A stretch of DNA of 64,000 nucleotides from an uncultured cyanobacterium (GTDB taxonomy: Bacteria; Cyanobacteriota; Cyanobacteriia; Cyanobacteriales; Nostocaceae), in NCBI GenBank assembly GCA_963706595.1, contig OY970166.1, positions 192,001-256,000 on the forward strand, given 5' to 3'. Below are positions 63,457-64,000 of the stretch, in pieces. The notes below the pieces were generated by a model. The model did not search any database. It was not told the DNA's origin and was given only the letters and a program-made list of their open reading frames with translations. Numbering within the stretch: the first letter of the stretch is position 1; every line of letters begins with the position of its first letter. Position numbers and translations under genes: made by a program.

Positions 63457-64000
63457 ATGGTTAAGTCTCTCGAAACCCCCGACCCGGAATTACTGAAGCC
63501 TGGGATTAAAGCCCCTGTTCAAGAAACGTTGTTAACACCCCGGTTTTACACCACTGACTTTGATGCGGTGGCAAATTTGGATATTTCGGCCAATGAGGCT
63601 GAGTTACAGGCGGTGGTGGAGGAGTTGCGGGCTGACTATAATCGCCATCACTTTGTGCGCGATGAGGAGTTTAAGCAATCTTGGGATCACGTTGAGGGAG
63701 AAAAACGCCGCGCTTTTATTGACTTTTTGGAGCGTTCATGCACTTCGGAGTTTTCGGGGTTTTTGCTGTTTAAAGAATTATCCCGTCGTCTAAAAGCCAA
63801 AAATCCTCTGTTGGCTGATGCTTTTAATTATATGGCACGGGATGAAGCCCGCCATGCCGGATTTCTGAATAAATCAATGGCAGATTTTAATCTGTCTCTG
63901 GATTTAAGCTATTTAACTAAACATCGCACATATACTTTTTTCCCGCCAGAGTGGGTAATTTACACTGTCTACCTATCGGAAAAGATTGGTTACTGGCGTT
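63457..64000 (+). CDS. acsF: Mg-protoporphyrin IX monomethyl ester oxidative cyclase (partial; not in ORF track)
   Basis: [59 protein letters not shown]. Confidence 0.95.
   Translation, partial: MVKSLETPDPELLKPGIKAPVQETLLTPRFYTTDFDAVANLDISANEAELQAVVEELRADYNRHHFVRDEEFKQSWDHVEGEKRRAFIDFLERSCTSEFSGFLLFKELSRRLKAKNPLLADAFNYMARDEARHAGFLNKSMADFNLSLDLSYLTKHRTYTFFPPEWVIYTVYLSEKIGYWR

Noticed and set aside
63560..63793. 77-aa ORF
   Set aside because: Out-of-frame shadow of acsF

Overview
AT-rich chromosomal window from a filamentous heterocyst-forming cyanobacterium (Nostocales). This is inferred from dense HIP1 (GCGATCGC), heptamer STRR arrays, many MITE/REP-like repeats, psbI, and fbp-tal-zwf-opcA. 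Mostly housekeeping and signalling genes: UPF0182, P-type ATPase, cobB, rbp, nrdJ, glgP, ubiH-like, slt, tatC-csaA, purH, katB, hemN and partial acsF. Most notable: (1) a regulated cassette of unassigned function, with a HAMP sensor, response regulator and kinase divergent from three glycosyltransferases, an ABC exporter, an APH-like kinase and a porin, plus a candidate operator; (2) a class II ribonucleotide reductase with two LAGLIDADG inteins only 10 aa apart, each directly before a catalytic Cys; (3) a His-less pseudo-histidine kinase, a kinase-less sensor and a frameshifted kinase; (4) features missed by the ORF track: psbI, a Yfr2 sRNA, a tyrosine-recombinase remnant, nested MITE/REPIN elements and a switch-like hemN leader. 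No CRISPR, tRNA, rRNA or transposase seen. All calls are by eye, without database searches.
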